Source: the human T2T-CHM13v2.0 reference genome, Homo sapiens. From it: a stretch of DNA of 64,000 nucleotides. The translations under genes were made by a program, and so were the position numbers. Shown piece by piece: positions 12,597-27,172 of this stretch; the first letter of the stretch is position 1, and each line of letters starts with the position of its first letter. Location of the stretch: positions 2,976,001 through 3,040,000 of the forward strand of contig CP068257.2 in NCBI GenBank assembly GCA_009914755.4, read 5' to 3'. The notes under the pieces are model-generated. The model ran no database searches. It was not told the DNA's origin and saw only the letters and a program-made list of their open reading frames with translations.

Positions 12597-12920
12597 TCAG
12601 CCTGGACTCCAGAGTCAGCCACCCACCCCTGCACAGACAAGGAGAGGTCTCATTAAGCTTCAGCACAGTCTGGGACCATAGCTTTTTTTGTAACGATTTG
12701 TTCGGCATGAGGCCCACTCACAAGGGCCCTTCGTGACTGGACTCAAGGAAAACGAAAAGGCCTACTTGTTTTTGCGATTTTCTGTTGTTTTTCAATAACT
12801 ATTTCTCAGAAACAGTGCTGGATGAATTCCACAAGGGGTTCACACAACCTGTTCCAGGACTTAGTGACCATTGTTTCTGTCCATGTTCATTGAGTTCAAA
12901 TTTAATATTTAACTTTTCCT
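12597..12920 (-). mobile_element. LTR-like repeat, copy A (5'-truncated relative to copies B, C and D). Putative 3' LTR of a minus-oriented ERV remnant.
   Basis: About 85% identical to 16075-16410, 47680-48003 and the reverse complement of 43440-43780. Shared strings include cagcctggactccagag..ctgcacagacaag.agaggtct, tttttgtaa.gatttgttcggcatgaggcc, gtttttcaataacta and gttcaaatttaatatttaac. Confidence 0.6.
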
Positions 12921-15904
12921 CCTCATTCAGCCTCAATTTGACACTGAATCATAGGAAAATATTTTTACAGTTATAAGGGGAAGTCACAACTGGTATAGAT
13001 TACAAATAGAGCAGAGGAGAATTAAAAGCACAATTAATAGAAACCACACCCACCACGGCCAACGCCAATGCTAGTTTGACAGCCAGTCCATGATGGGGTC
13101 CTGATGGTTAGATTCTAACTGTTTTACTTGTCCTTGCATGTCTTCGGCAAGGAGAGTAATACTGCGAGAACTGTCAGGGATACACACAACATTCAGAATG
13201 CAGCAAGACTCAAACCCCTCCTTGGGCTGCGGTAAACATACCTAATGCCATTCGATTTTGCAACACAACAGTACACAGCTGAACAAGTTCTTCTGATAAC
13301 AACAGAAGTCCAGTGCTACTATCTTAGGAGCTTTTACTATATGTGGACTTAATATTTTAATTTGTTGCTGAAGCAGGATTGTACGAGGGGCAAGGGAGAA
13401 TACTGTGATAGTTTTCCACCACCAGGGAGTCTGGCACGTTCATAACCAGCTACCTTTGTAAGCATCTAGATTATTGGGGAAGGGAATATTATCCCGGATG
13501 GTGAATGGAATTAATGGCACCCCCAAGTGAATATCCCCATCCAATAAGGGGGCAGGTAGGCCACCCATAGGGTCTGCATACCCAGAGGGCCCCCTAGGGG
13601 ACAGCAATGGTTATACTACAATTATAGTGTATTAAGATGTTATTAAAGTAGCAAAGGAAGTCCAGGTTGGATTGCAAGTGTTGTTGTTTTGGCCCCATTT
13701 GTAGTGACAGAGCCATTCAGAAATATTGGCAAGGACAACTCTGCAAGGCAGTCCATTTCCTGTGGCCTCTGGCAATTTGATGCATAGCCAGCATTGACTG
13801 TGGTTGGCTTCTGTCGCAGTGGTTGCTGCCCAGTTGATGAATTCACTCTCCACCTCAGACCTGATGACCCAGGTACTGATTACTAGTAGACAGGTTATTC
13901 TCTGTAACAACAAAACTGAAGGGGAACATGATATTGTTTTTCATTTTTAGGAAACTGTACTACCCTTTTATTTTCTGCTCCCATAGCTACAAGGTCACCA
14001 GCCTTAGGAGTGGGATCTGATGGAGGCTGTATCCATATTTTCGCTCCAGGATTTAAGCTACCTATACCAGTGGATCTTAATTTCCCAGTTCTGTACGTAG
14101 CCTCTGTTGGGGCAGAGATTTCCTCAGGGGTTAATTGTTAACAAGGTACCAGGTACCACTGACAATTGAGCAACCCGAATCTGCAGTCTTGTAACAAAAG
14201 AATGTGGAGTGGTATTGTGTAAAGTGAACTTTAACTCTTCCTGGTAATCATTATCAATTATACCACCATACATTATAAAGTGTCTCATCGCCAGGCTTGA
14301 ATGTGTTGTAATCCATTCACCCACATTCAAGTTTGCATTTATGCTGGAAATTTTGGCCTGTTGATCTACCTGCTGTTTAGTCTGTCAAGAGAATGCAGAG
14401 ATGCATGAGAATCAATATGAAAAACAGCAATAATAGTAATGTGCATCAGGATTCAGGTATCTTCCTAGTATTGTTTTCTCCAAACCTCTTTATTCATTAT
14501 TCACCATTTGTTTCATTGCCATTCGGGCAACTAGGTAGTAAGACCATTTTCTGCTGACCAACAGTCGGTATACAAGCAACAAATTGCTCTGGCCTCCTCC
14601 TGAATAGTTCGGAGGATGGCTTCTAGTTCAGCCAGCTGGCTGCTCACACCCCTCCCTTCATCAGAAACGCTTATGTTTTTAACAGGATTATAAGCCACGG
14701 CCTCCCAGCATCAGGTCCCATCAATGTATTTGGTGGAACCATCAGTAACCAAGCGTGTTTCTGATCCTCTGGGCTTAGTTCTTTAAAGGATTTGCCCCAT
14801 TGGGCAGGGGAGGTTTCCTTCCCTATAAGCAGGACTTGCCCTGTGGTTTCCTGAGTTGGCAAGTTTTGCACATCTTCATGTAAAAATGATACCGCTTTTA
14901 GTTCTGGCTTATCCTGGTCTTGTATGTACCATTTCCATTTTATGATACTACATTCTTGAGTGTACCCTATCCAATGGGTTTGAGGGAGCTCATGACCCAA
15001 GTCATAATAGGAATTTGGGGCCTCATAAAAACATCATGATTAAAACAAAGGTGTTCTGCTTCCTTCAAGCGCAGTAGAAGGCCAACAGCTGCTTCTCAAA
15101 GAGTATAAGCTTTGCCAGCCTCTGGCAGCTTCTGGGTCTAAAACTCCAAAGGTATCTTCTTCCCATCTTGTTTCTACCTAAGGCTCCAATTAGCATGTTG
15201 ATGTAGGACAGTTACTTGCAGTTCTGTTGACTCATCCTATAAGGGCCATAGATCCAGGGCCAGTTGCTCAGCTTGTTTTGCTTGTTGAAAAGCCAGGCTG
15301 TCTTTCTCTCTCCAGTGATATTCATAGTGTTTTCTAGTGACTGCATGCAGAGGTTGTAATATGTTACCCAAGTGGGGAATATGATGTCTCCAGAATCCAA
15401 ACAAGCCAATAGAATTTTGGACCTCCTTTTCAGTGGTAGGGCTGCAAATTCTAGTATTTTAGTGTTAGCCTTTGGTAAAATGGACTGTTTCCCTGCAGTC
15501 CATAGGATGCCAAGGAACTTTACACTTTGTGCAGGCCATTGAATTTTATTAGAGTTAACTTCCCATCCTTGAGATAGGATTTGGGTTTTTACCCTCTTCT
15601 GCCCTGAAAACTGACTAGTTATTCAGTTTTACCCTGACTGGGCAACTCGGACAGCTGCTTTTTCAGCAATAGGCTGATAGCTTTGAACCTGATCAGTCAA
15701 GACAGGCCTGGCATGGTACCAGGGCCAGTCTGGAAGTCAGATTAAAATTTTCCTTTTCCAGCTTACATTTCTCTTGTAACAACCAGTCCCTATATTGACA
15801 CTTTAACTTATAAGCAGTAAGCAAGCATCATCAATGCTGGGAAATTCCCTCAGCATTACAATTACCAACTGGGACTCCCTGCTGCACCTCACGCACAGCC
15901 AGTG
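12921..15904 (-). mobile_element. ERV internal region (degraded), with a gamma-retrovirus-type env remnant and a possible pol 3' remnant.
   Basis: Minus-strand ORFs lie between two direct LTR-like copies. The 13632-13913 ORF contains ..ATTATEANHSQCWLCIKL.., which parallels the MLV-type SU motif ..ALNLTSPDKTQECWLCL.. (CXXC). All other frames are broken by stops. Confidence 0.5.
13632..13913 (-). pseudogene. Retroviral env (SU C-terminal region) remnant with a CWLC motif.
   Basis: Translation MLLQRITCLLVISTWVIRSEVESEFINWAATTATEANHSQCWLCIKLPEATGNGLPCRVVLANISEW.... This is an N-glyc site followed by a CWLC context typical of gamma-type envelope SU. Confidence 0.5.
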
Positions 15905-16410
15905 ATTCAAACAAACTTTATCCCACTTAAATGGCAATGCAGATATAATAAGCAAATATATAAGCAAGTTGCAATGGGACGGGGAGAAGGGAAAAGATAT
16001 ATATATATATTTAAACTCACCAAACTATGGAGGATTCACCACGAGACTGTGAAGCAACAGCCTGGGCTCCAGATTGGCCACTCATCCGTCCACAGACAAC
16101 GTGAGATCTCATGAAGCTTTGGCGCAGTCTGGAACCCCAGCTCTTTTTGTAATGAGTTATTTGGCATGAAGTCCGGTCAGGAAGGCTATTCACAACGGGG
16201 CTCAAGGAACACAAAAAGGTCAACTTGTTTTTTTGATTGTCTATTGTTTTTCAATAACTAAGATATAGGAATAAATTGAAATAGAGATTTATCTGAAACA
16301 GCGCTGGATGAGGGCTTCAAGGGGCTCACACAACCTGTTCCGGGACTTGGTGACCATTGTTTGAGTCCATGTCCAATTGAGTTCAAATTTAATATTTACC
16401 TTTTACTCCA
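15905..16410 (-). mobile_element. LTR-like repeat, copy B (full length, ~505 bp). Putative 5' LTR of the ERV remnant.
   Basis: Collinear with copy C (47515-48003) and inverted copy D (43440-43965) over its whole length, including the ..ctttatcccacttaaatggcaatgcag.taataagcaaat..gcaatggga.ggggagaaggga segment that copy A lacks. Confidence 0.6.
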
Positions 16411-16569
16411 AAAAGTGTCAAAAGTAATTCCTTCAAATGCAGGAAATTATGTAGCTACTCACAAACTAAACTTCTCAAACAAAAGTCATAAATAGAGTAC
16501 AGAGATAAAAAATAAAATAAAATCTAACTACATCTGTCTACAGGGGATTCAATTTATTTATTTATTTAT

Positions 16570-16690
16570 TTATTTATTTTAGAGACATGGTATTGCTTTG
16601 TTTCCCAGGCTGGTCTCAAACTTCTGGGCTCAAGTTAACCTCCCACCTCAATCTCCTAAAATGCTCGGATGACAGATATGAGCCATCTTA
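16570..16690 (-). mobile_element. Alu fragment (3' portion, minus), preceded by an (ATTT)n stretch.
   Basis: tttagagacatggtattgctttgtttcccaggctggtctcaaacttctgggctcaagttaacctcccacctcaatctcctaaaatgctcgg. Confidence 0.75.
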
Positions 16691-19600
16691 CTATATAGTA
16701 ACAAAAACAGACTAAAAGTGGCAAGATGCATCAAAACAATTTTATGCAAATCGTAATGAAATGAAGACAACGTCACGAGCACATTATGCAAAATACTTTT
16801 TAAATAACTGTCTTAGTTTATAAAATAAATTATAAGTTAAAACTGTCAAAGAAAACAAAGGACAAAATAATAAAAAAGTTTATTCACTGGAAACCTAGGA
16901 AAATTATATACATTTATATAATATACGTTTATATAATTGTGTGTATTTATCTAATTATGTATACAGACACACATATATATGAACCTCACATGAAGATTTT
17001 AAAATAAATCAATAATATTTTGTCAGAACATAAACAAAAAACTGCAATATACTGAGAACAATATTTTAATACACCAGTTCTGTAATTAATAATAAAGCCA
17101 GAGAGAATGTTAAGAAGAAAACAGAGGACATGAAAATACTGTAAAACAGTTAGATGTAACAGATGCATAGAGATCACTCTACACAACAACAAAACTCACA
17201 GTCTTGTCAAAAGCTCATAAAACATTGTCCTAAAAATAAATATAAGGAAAAAAATTTTTTAACAGAATTAAAAAAAATTGAATGTTACAGAAAACACTTC
17301 AAAAAATCAATCAACCCAGGAGCCGGTTTTTTGAAAAGATTAACAAAATAGACCACTAGTGAGACAAATAAAGGAGAAAAGAGAGAAGAATCAAAGAGAC
17401 GCAATAAAAAACGACAAAGGGGATATCACCACGAAACCCACAGAAATACAAACTACCATCAGAGAATACTATAAAAACCTCTACGGAAATAAAGTGGAAA
17501 ACCTAGAAGAAATTGATAAGTTCCTGGAAACATCCACACCTCCAAGACTAAACGAGGAAGAAGTTGAATCTCTGAGTAGACCAATAGCAGGTTCTGAAAT
17601 TGAGGCAATAATTAATAGCTTATGAACCAAAAAAAGTCCATGACCAGACGAATTCACAACTGAATTCTACCAGAGGTACAAAGAGGAGCTGCTACCATCC
17701 CTTCTGAAACTATTCGAATCAAGAGAAAAAAAGGGAATCTTCCTTAACTCATTTTATGAGGTCAGCATCATCCTGATACCAAAGCCTGGCAGAAGCACAA
17801 CAAAAAAACAATATCCCTGATGAACATCAATGCAAACATCCTCAATAAAATGCTGACAAACCAAATCCAGCAGCACATCCAAAAGCTTACCCACCACGAT
17901 CAATTCAGCTTCATCCCTGGGATGCAAGCCTGGTTCAACATATGCAAATCAATAAACATAATTCATCACATAAACAGAACCAATGACAAAAATCTCATGA
18001 CTATCTCAATAGATGCAGAAAAGGCCTTCAACAAAACTCAACAGCCTTTCATGATAAAAACTCTAAATAAACTAGGTATTGATGGAACACATCTGAAAAT
18101 AATAAGAGCTATTTATGACAAACCCACAGCCAATATCATGCAGAATGGGCAAAACCTGGAAGCATTCCCTTTGAAAACCAGCACAAGACAACGATGCCCT
18201 CTCTCACCACTCCCACTCAACATAGTATTGGAAGTTCTGGCCAGGGCCATCAGGCAAGAGAAAGAAATAAAGGACATTCGATTAGGAAAAAGAGGAAGCC
18301 AAATTGTCTCTGTTTGCAGATGACATGATTGTATATTTAGAAAACCCCATTGTCTCAGCCCAAAATCTCCTTAAATCTGATAAGCAACTTCAGCAAAGTC
18401 TCAGGATACAAAATAATGTGCAAAAATCACAAGTATTTCCATACACCAATAACAGACGAACAGAGAGCCAAATTATGAGTGAACTCCCACTCAACAATTG
18501 CTACAAAGAGAATAAAATACCTAGGAATCCAACTTACAAGGGATGTGAAGGACATTTTCAAGGAGAACTACAAACCACTGCTCCATGAAATAAAAGCGGA
18601 CACAAACAAATGGAAGAACATTCCATGCTCCTGGAAAGGAAGAATCAATATCATGAAAATGACCATGCTGCCCAAGATAACTTATAGATTCAATGCTATC
18701 CCCATCAAGCTACCACTGACTTTCTTCACAGAATTGGAAAAAACTACTTTGAAGTTCACATGGAACCAAAAAACAGCCTGCATAGGCAAGAAAATCCTAC
18801 ACAAAAAGAGAAAAGCTGCAGGTATCACACTACCTGACTTCAATCTATACTACAGGTCTACAGTAACCAAAACAGCATGGTACTGGTACCAAAACAGATA
18901 TATAGAGCAATGGAAAAAAACAGAGGCCTCAGAAATACCATCACACATCTACAACCATTGGATCTTCGACAAATGTGACAAAAACAAACAATGGGGAAAG
19001 GATTCCTTATTTAATAAATGTTGCTGGGAAAAATGGCGAGCCATATGCAGAAAACTGAAACTGGATTTCTTCCTTACACCCTATACATAAATTGACTCAA
19101 GATGGATTAAAGACTTAAATGTAAGACCCAAAACCATAAAAACCTAAGAGAAAACCTGGGCAATACCATTCAGGACATAGGCATGGGCAAAGACTTCATG
19201 ACTAAAACACCAAAAACAATGGCAACAAAAGCCAAAATAGACAAATGAAATCTAATTAAACTTAAAAGCTTCTACACAGCAAACGAAACTATCATTAGAG
19301 TGAACAGGCAACCTACAGAATGGGAGAAAATTTTTGCAATCTACCCATCTGACAAAGGACTCACATCCAGAATCTACAAAGAATTTAAACAAATTTACAA
19401 GAAAAAAACGAGCAATCCCATCAAAAAGTGGGCAAAGGATATGAACAGACACTTCTCAAAAGAAGACATTTATGTAACCAACAGACATGAAAAATTGCTC
19501 ATCATCACTGGTCATCAGAGAAATGCAAATGAAAACCACAATGAGATACCATCTTACGCTAGTTAGAATGGGGATCATTAAAATGTCAGGAAACAACAGA

Positions 19601-20251
19601 TGCTGGAGAGGACGTGGAAAAACAAAAACGCTTTTACACTGTGGGTTGGAGTGTAAATTAGTTCAAACACTGTGGAAGACAGTGTGGTAATTCCTCAAGT
19701 ATCTACAACCAGAAATACCATTTGACCCAGCAATCCCATTACTGGGTATATATCCAAAGGATTATGAATCATGCTACTATAAAAACACATGCACACATAT
19801 GTTTATTGTGGCACTGTTCAGAATAGCAAAGTCTTGGAACCAACCCAAATGTCCATCAATGATAGACTGGATTAAGAAATTGTGACACATATACCCCATG
19901 GAATACTACGCAGCCTTAAAAAAGGATGAGTTCATGTCATTTGCAGGGACATGGATGAAGCTGGAAACCATCATTCTCAGCAAACTATCACAAGGACAGA
20001 AAAACAAACACTGCATGTTTTCACTCATAGGTAGGAGTTAAACAATGAGAACATGTGGACACAGGACAGGGAACATCAAACGCTAGTGCCTGTTTGGGGG
20101 TGGGGGGCTATGAAAGGGATAGCATTAGGAGAACGCTTAATGTAAATGTTGAGTTGATGGGTGCAGCAAACCAACATAACACATGTATACCTGTATAACA
20201 AACCTGTACGTTCTGCACATGTATCCTAGAACTTAAAGTATAATAAAAATT
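16690..20251 (+). mobile_element. L1 (LINE-1), 5'-truncated. 17160-20251 is L1PA-like ORF2 (mid-EN through RT and C-terminus) plus 3' UTR. 16690-17160 is more diverged L1-like sequence.
   Basis: ORF-track translations match L1 ORF2: ..[56 protein letters not shown].., ..[94 protein letters not shown].., ..[22 protein letters not shown].., ..[47 protein letters not shown]...[16 protein letters not shown]... The 3' end is ..ctgtacgttctgcacatgtatcctagaacttaaagtataataaaaatt. Confidence 0.9.
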
Positions 20252-20640
20252 GAAGGCTACAGACTATAATTTCTGACCAAAATGGATTAAAACTAGAAAT
20301 CAATAACCGAAGAAAATTCATAAAATTCACAAATACATGATAATTAAACAATTTATTCTTCAACATGTTTTTGTTCAAGAGTTAAAAATTTAATATTTTG
20401 AACGTGTCTATAATGCCCAAAGTGAGCTGCAGATTTAATACAATCCCTATGAAATTATTAATATTATTTTTGACAGAAACAGAGAATGTGACTCCCCAAA
20501 GTATACGGAATTTCAGGGGACCACATAAAAAAAGTTGGAAGCATTACAATTCCTGATTTCAAGACATGTTAGAAATCTACAGTAATCAAAATGTTATGTT
20601 ACTGGCATAAAGACAGACAATTAGACTAATAAAAAAATCT
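20252..20640 (+). mobile_element. Old L1M ORF2 fragments (internally deleted) that serve as the insertion target for the adjacent elements.
   Basis: Translations such as NGLKLEINNRRKFIKFTNTW and ..MPKVSCRFNTIPMKLLILFLTETE...ITIPDFKTC*KSTVIKMLCYWHKDRQLD resemble L1M ORF2. Confidence 0.6.
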
Positions 20641-21537
20641 TTGCCACTGCTGCAGACAGTGCCTGCATCATCCTGCAGACTGACAATGATCATTTTGCTG
20701 CTGATGACTTTAAAGTGTGAGACAGACCTGGCCATGTGCCAGTTTGTGGAGTGCGACATTACTGATAACACCAGTGTCAGTCAGCCTCTGCTGGAGACAG
20801 AGATGGAGGCCCTCAAGGAAGAGCTGCTCTTCATGAAGAATCATGAGGAGGAAGTTAAAGGTCTATAATACCTGATTTCCAGCTCTTGGTTGACCATGGA
20901 GGTAGATGTCCCCAAGTCTCAGGACCTTGGCAAGATCATGACAGGCATCTGGGCCCAATATGACGAGATGGCTGAGAACAGCTGAGAGGAGCTGGACAAG
21001 TACTGGTCCCAGCAGACTGAGGAGAGCACCAGAGTAGTCACCATGCAGTCCGCTGAGATCGGAGCTGCTGAGAGGATGCTCAGGGGGTTGAGATGTACAG
21101 TCCAGTCCTTGGATATCGAACTGGACTCAATGAGATATCTGAAAGTCAGCTTGGAGAACAGCCTAAGGGAGGTAGACGCAGATGGAGCAGCTCAACAGGA
21201 TCCTGCTGCACCTGGAGTCAGAGCTATCCCAAAACCGGGAAGAGAGGTACCACGCCCAAGAGCACGAGGACCTGTGGAACATCAAGGTCGAGCTGGAGGC
21301 TGAGATTGCCACTTACTGCCGCCTGCTAGAAGACGGGGAGGATTTCAATCTCCTGGATGCTCTGGACAGCAGTAAATACCTGCAAGCTATCCAAAAGAAC
21401 AGCCCCCGCAGGATAGTGGACGGGAAAGTGGTGTCTGAGACCAACAATACAGACGTTTTGTTGTGCTAAGCCATCAGAAGCAAGGTCCCTTTGGGGAGCA
21501 GGAGGCCAGTAAAAAGTTCAGAGGTAAAAAAAAATTA
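20641..21537 (+). pseudogene. KRT18: Processed pseudogene of keratin 18 (KRT18). It is 5'-truncated, covering the rod domain from about ..FANTVDN.. to the C-terminus, then 3' UTR and poly(A).
   Basis: Translation recovers ..LETEMEALKEELLFMKNHEEEVKGL.., ..DVPKSQDLGKIMT.IWAQYDEMAENS.EELDKYWSQQTEESTRVVT.QSAEIGAAE..LRCTVQSLDIELDSMRYLKVSLENSLREVDA..QLNRILLHLESELSQNREE..QEHEDLWNIKVELEAEIATYCRLLEDGEDFNLLDALDSS...IQK...RRIVDGKVVSETNNTDVLL, collinear with KRT18. It contains stops and frameshifts, has no introns, and ends in ..aataaaaagttcagaggtaaaaaaaaa. Confidence 0.85.
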
Positions 21538-22042
21538 ACTTCAAATCACAGAAGTGTTTCCTTCAACACAAAAGTAATATAGATTCATTAATATATAGAA
21601 GTGGAAATTAAGACAATTTCCACAACTACTCACCCAGAGAGGATTAAAAAAATAATTGACCACCAACTAATAAAACAAATACACAAGTCATAAATAAAGT
21701 ATGAGTAATGTTTATACAGGCAAATGAACAGAGAATTATGTTGGCAATAGACGTGTGTTTGATTCATATTTGACTGATTCATATTCAACTGTACACAGTT
21801 GAATATAGTCATACAAAATTATAATATATAGGCAGAATCTAAAAACACAATTAAATAATGTAAGGCAGCCTATCCTAACAAGGAAATACAAGAATATATA
21901 ATATTAGAAAATAAAATTAAATAAACATTAGCCTGTGAAATACCGAATAAACAAAGCATGCAACGGAAGAAGACTCTTTCTAGATAACTAGCATGTTCAA
22001 CCATAACTGGGCTCCCATAAAGAGCAGATTTTGAATTCTTAG

Positions 22043-22509
<467 letters not shown>

Positions 22510-22512
22510 AGC

Positions 22513-22645
22513 GATATTTTTTGTAGTTTTAGTAGAGACAGGATTTCACCATGTTGGCCAGGCTGGTCTTGAACTCCTGACCTCGTGATCCACCTATCTC
22601 AACCTTTTAATGTGCTGTGATTACGAGCATGAAACACAGCACTGG
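22513..22645 (-). mobile_element. Partial Alu (minus).
   Basis: ttttgtagttttagtagagacaggatttcaccatgttggccaggctggtcttgaactcctgacctcgtgatccacc.... Confidence 0.85.
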
Positions 22646-24794
22646 CCTATAATTTATTATTTTTAAAACAAAGAAAAGCCTTACATTTTTACATATGGGA
22701 ACAACATGAATATTGTAAAATATGCTGTGGAAAACTACAATATAATAAGCAATTAGAAATAAATTATACTATCATTCAGATAAATGTTGAGGAAAGTAAA
22801 TGGAAACACTAATGATAAGTTTTTCTATGCAGTGAACTTAGACACAAACTAAAACTTTTCTTAATGTGATGTGCATACCATCCAATTCACTTTTTATATA
22901 ACACATAAATTCAAGTATGTTTTCTGAAACCCCTGAAGCTAAAGTTATAGGCTAATTTGACATACGTAAAAACAGGACAGGGAAAACGTACAGATCACAG
23001 TCCCACTAAGCTTTATATAAGATTAATTAATAAAATAACTCATTAAGAAATAATGTAACAGTTAAGAATTTGTTCTATTCCTGGCATGTTTCTAAGTTTT
23101 TCTATGGATTAAGGTCCTTAAAAATTCTTTGAGATGAGTAGATACAATAAACTATTCCACAGGTGACATGTTTGGCATAGAGAGTTCACATTTCTAAGTT
23201 AGTTTCTACTAAGGGAAAGAAAACTTTTTGACCTACATTACCAGAGATGAAAAAAAGAATAAAGTGAAATAGAAGATTCAACTTTATCATATGTGCTGAG
23301 GTGCTTTGGGCTCTGATAAATTTTTTTTCTGATTTTTTTGCAGGAACACATTTGAAATAATAGGACTGAAAATTATGAGGAAGAAACATTTGTCCTTGGT
23401 GTTTCTGAAATATGTGAACCAAACCCCAATGCCTGCACTTTTGCTCTCACAAACTTCTGACATGAGGCACAGATTTTTACAAAACAGCTTAACATAGAAG
23501 TCTCACAAAATGTGCAGATTTCCTCAGATCCCAAAAACAATGGAAAAGCACTCAGACCACAAGAGCTTCATGGGAATAGCAGAAAGAAGAGGCGAACTTT
23601 GGCTGTCACTGTGAATGCCCTGGAATGTTAGTGGATGAACAGAGAAGCCTTAGAAGATTTAAGAGCATAATAAGCATAGGGTAGGAAATTTCCACCTGTG
23701 GCAGCAAAAGAAGTAAATTTAGAATTTTCCAGAACCAATTTCTTTGAAGCAGAACTTCCAACACCACATTTTTAAGGTTTTCTCCTTGGCCTTTGCACCT
23801 CTCATCTTTGTTATTTGTTCATTCTTCCCTATTGGGGTGTTGCCTATTATTCTCTCTCTTTTTACATTCCAAAGATATTTCCTTTACTGTAGGACAGGGG
23901 CATCCACGGGAGACTACAGCCATGAGTTCTTAGTTTCTGTTTCTGGTTGAGCCAGTAAGGCGCTTTCCTCATCCCCCTTTTCCACTTATCACTAGACACA
24001 GAACCCAAAAACCATTGCTGCAGGCTGCTAAAAACCTAAAACAAAACAGAGCCATAACAAAAACAAAACAAGGCGGGTTGGAAAAGCTTGCTGTACGAGG
24101 CAACCAGGTCTGGCTTATATTCACCACATCCCTTCTTCTTTCCCAGAACAGCAATTGGGCTCAAGAGAAAACGTCCAACTTTTAGTATATCCCTCAGTAT
24201 AGAATGAGAACAGTGGAACATATGTTCAAAGGTTTGGCTTTGTGGGCTACCGCTGATGACTAGATTCTGTCTCCCCAAACAGGGAATGCTAAAGGAAATG
24301 GCAGAGTAGTGAGAATGATAACTTATGACTGCTGAGAAGAGAAGTTACATGCTTACCACAGCCTCAGAGAAACAAACACTACAATCAACTGCGGAAGCAA
24401 AGGACCACAGTGTCTGGAAAACAATGGGAAAAAATATCTTTACCTTAAAAATACACACACAAGCCCAGAGAAGACACATTGAAGACACTGTTAATGAAGT
24501 ACCAGGATGTACAGCCTCACTGATTGTTGTATTATCTTGTAGTAAGCAAGTTTGTACATACTACATTACACAGTTGTTTTATAAATTTCTGAATCTCATC
24601 AAAAGATTGCAGGGCATACAGAAAAGGACGAAAACATGTCCCAATTGAAGAAATAAAATAAACCTACAAATATTGATCTTTAAAAATCTTTGTTGACTTT
24701 TAAAGGTCAAAATTTGTAGGTTTATTCTTTGTTGTTGTTGTTTTTGCATTATATAATTTTGAAAATCAAAATAATTATCAAAGCTCCTTAATGA

Positions 24795-27172
<2,378 letters not shown>

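Larger units (their letters stand above)
125..12600. repeat. Tandem satellite array of ~68-77 bp monomers, beta-satellite (BSR/Sau3A family)-like, arranged as a composite higher-order repeat. Canonical monomer blocks alternate with a ~1-kb divergent block.
   Basis: Direct reading: >120 consecutive units of the form attgtgacatatc..ctgggcccagcacctaggtgatgtgactctcct..ctgcctgggccctgcccacagggg. Measured spacings between attgtgaca cores are 68-77 bp (e.g. starts at 1684, 1760, 1837, 1913, 1986, 2057, 2132, 2200, 2274). The family name is from memory of the 68-bp beta-satellite consensus and was not verified against a database. Confidence 0.9.

Noticed and set aside
181-12600. Numerous 60-125-aa ORFs on both strands across the satellite, with recurring peptide strings such as HLGSGPSDMSQ.
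   Set aside because: They recur because of the tandem repeat periodicity. They show no conservation or codon signal and are not coding.
19252-19452. 66-aa minus-strand ORF (..[14 protein letters not shown]..).
   Set aside because: This is the familiar antisense reading frame of the L1 ORF2 3' region and is an artefact.
17359-19690. Multiple medium-length plus-strand ORFs (88-203 aa).
   Set aside because: All are segments of L1 ORF2 (EN/RT/C-terminal) separated by stops and frameshifts. They are not host genes.
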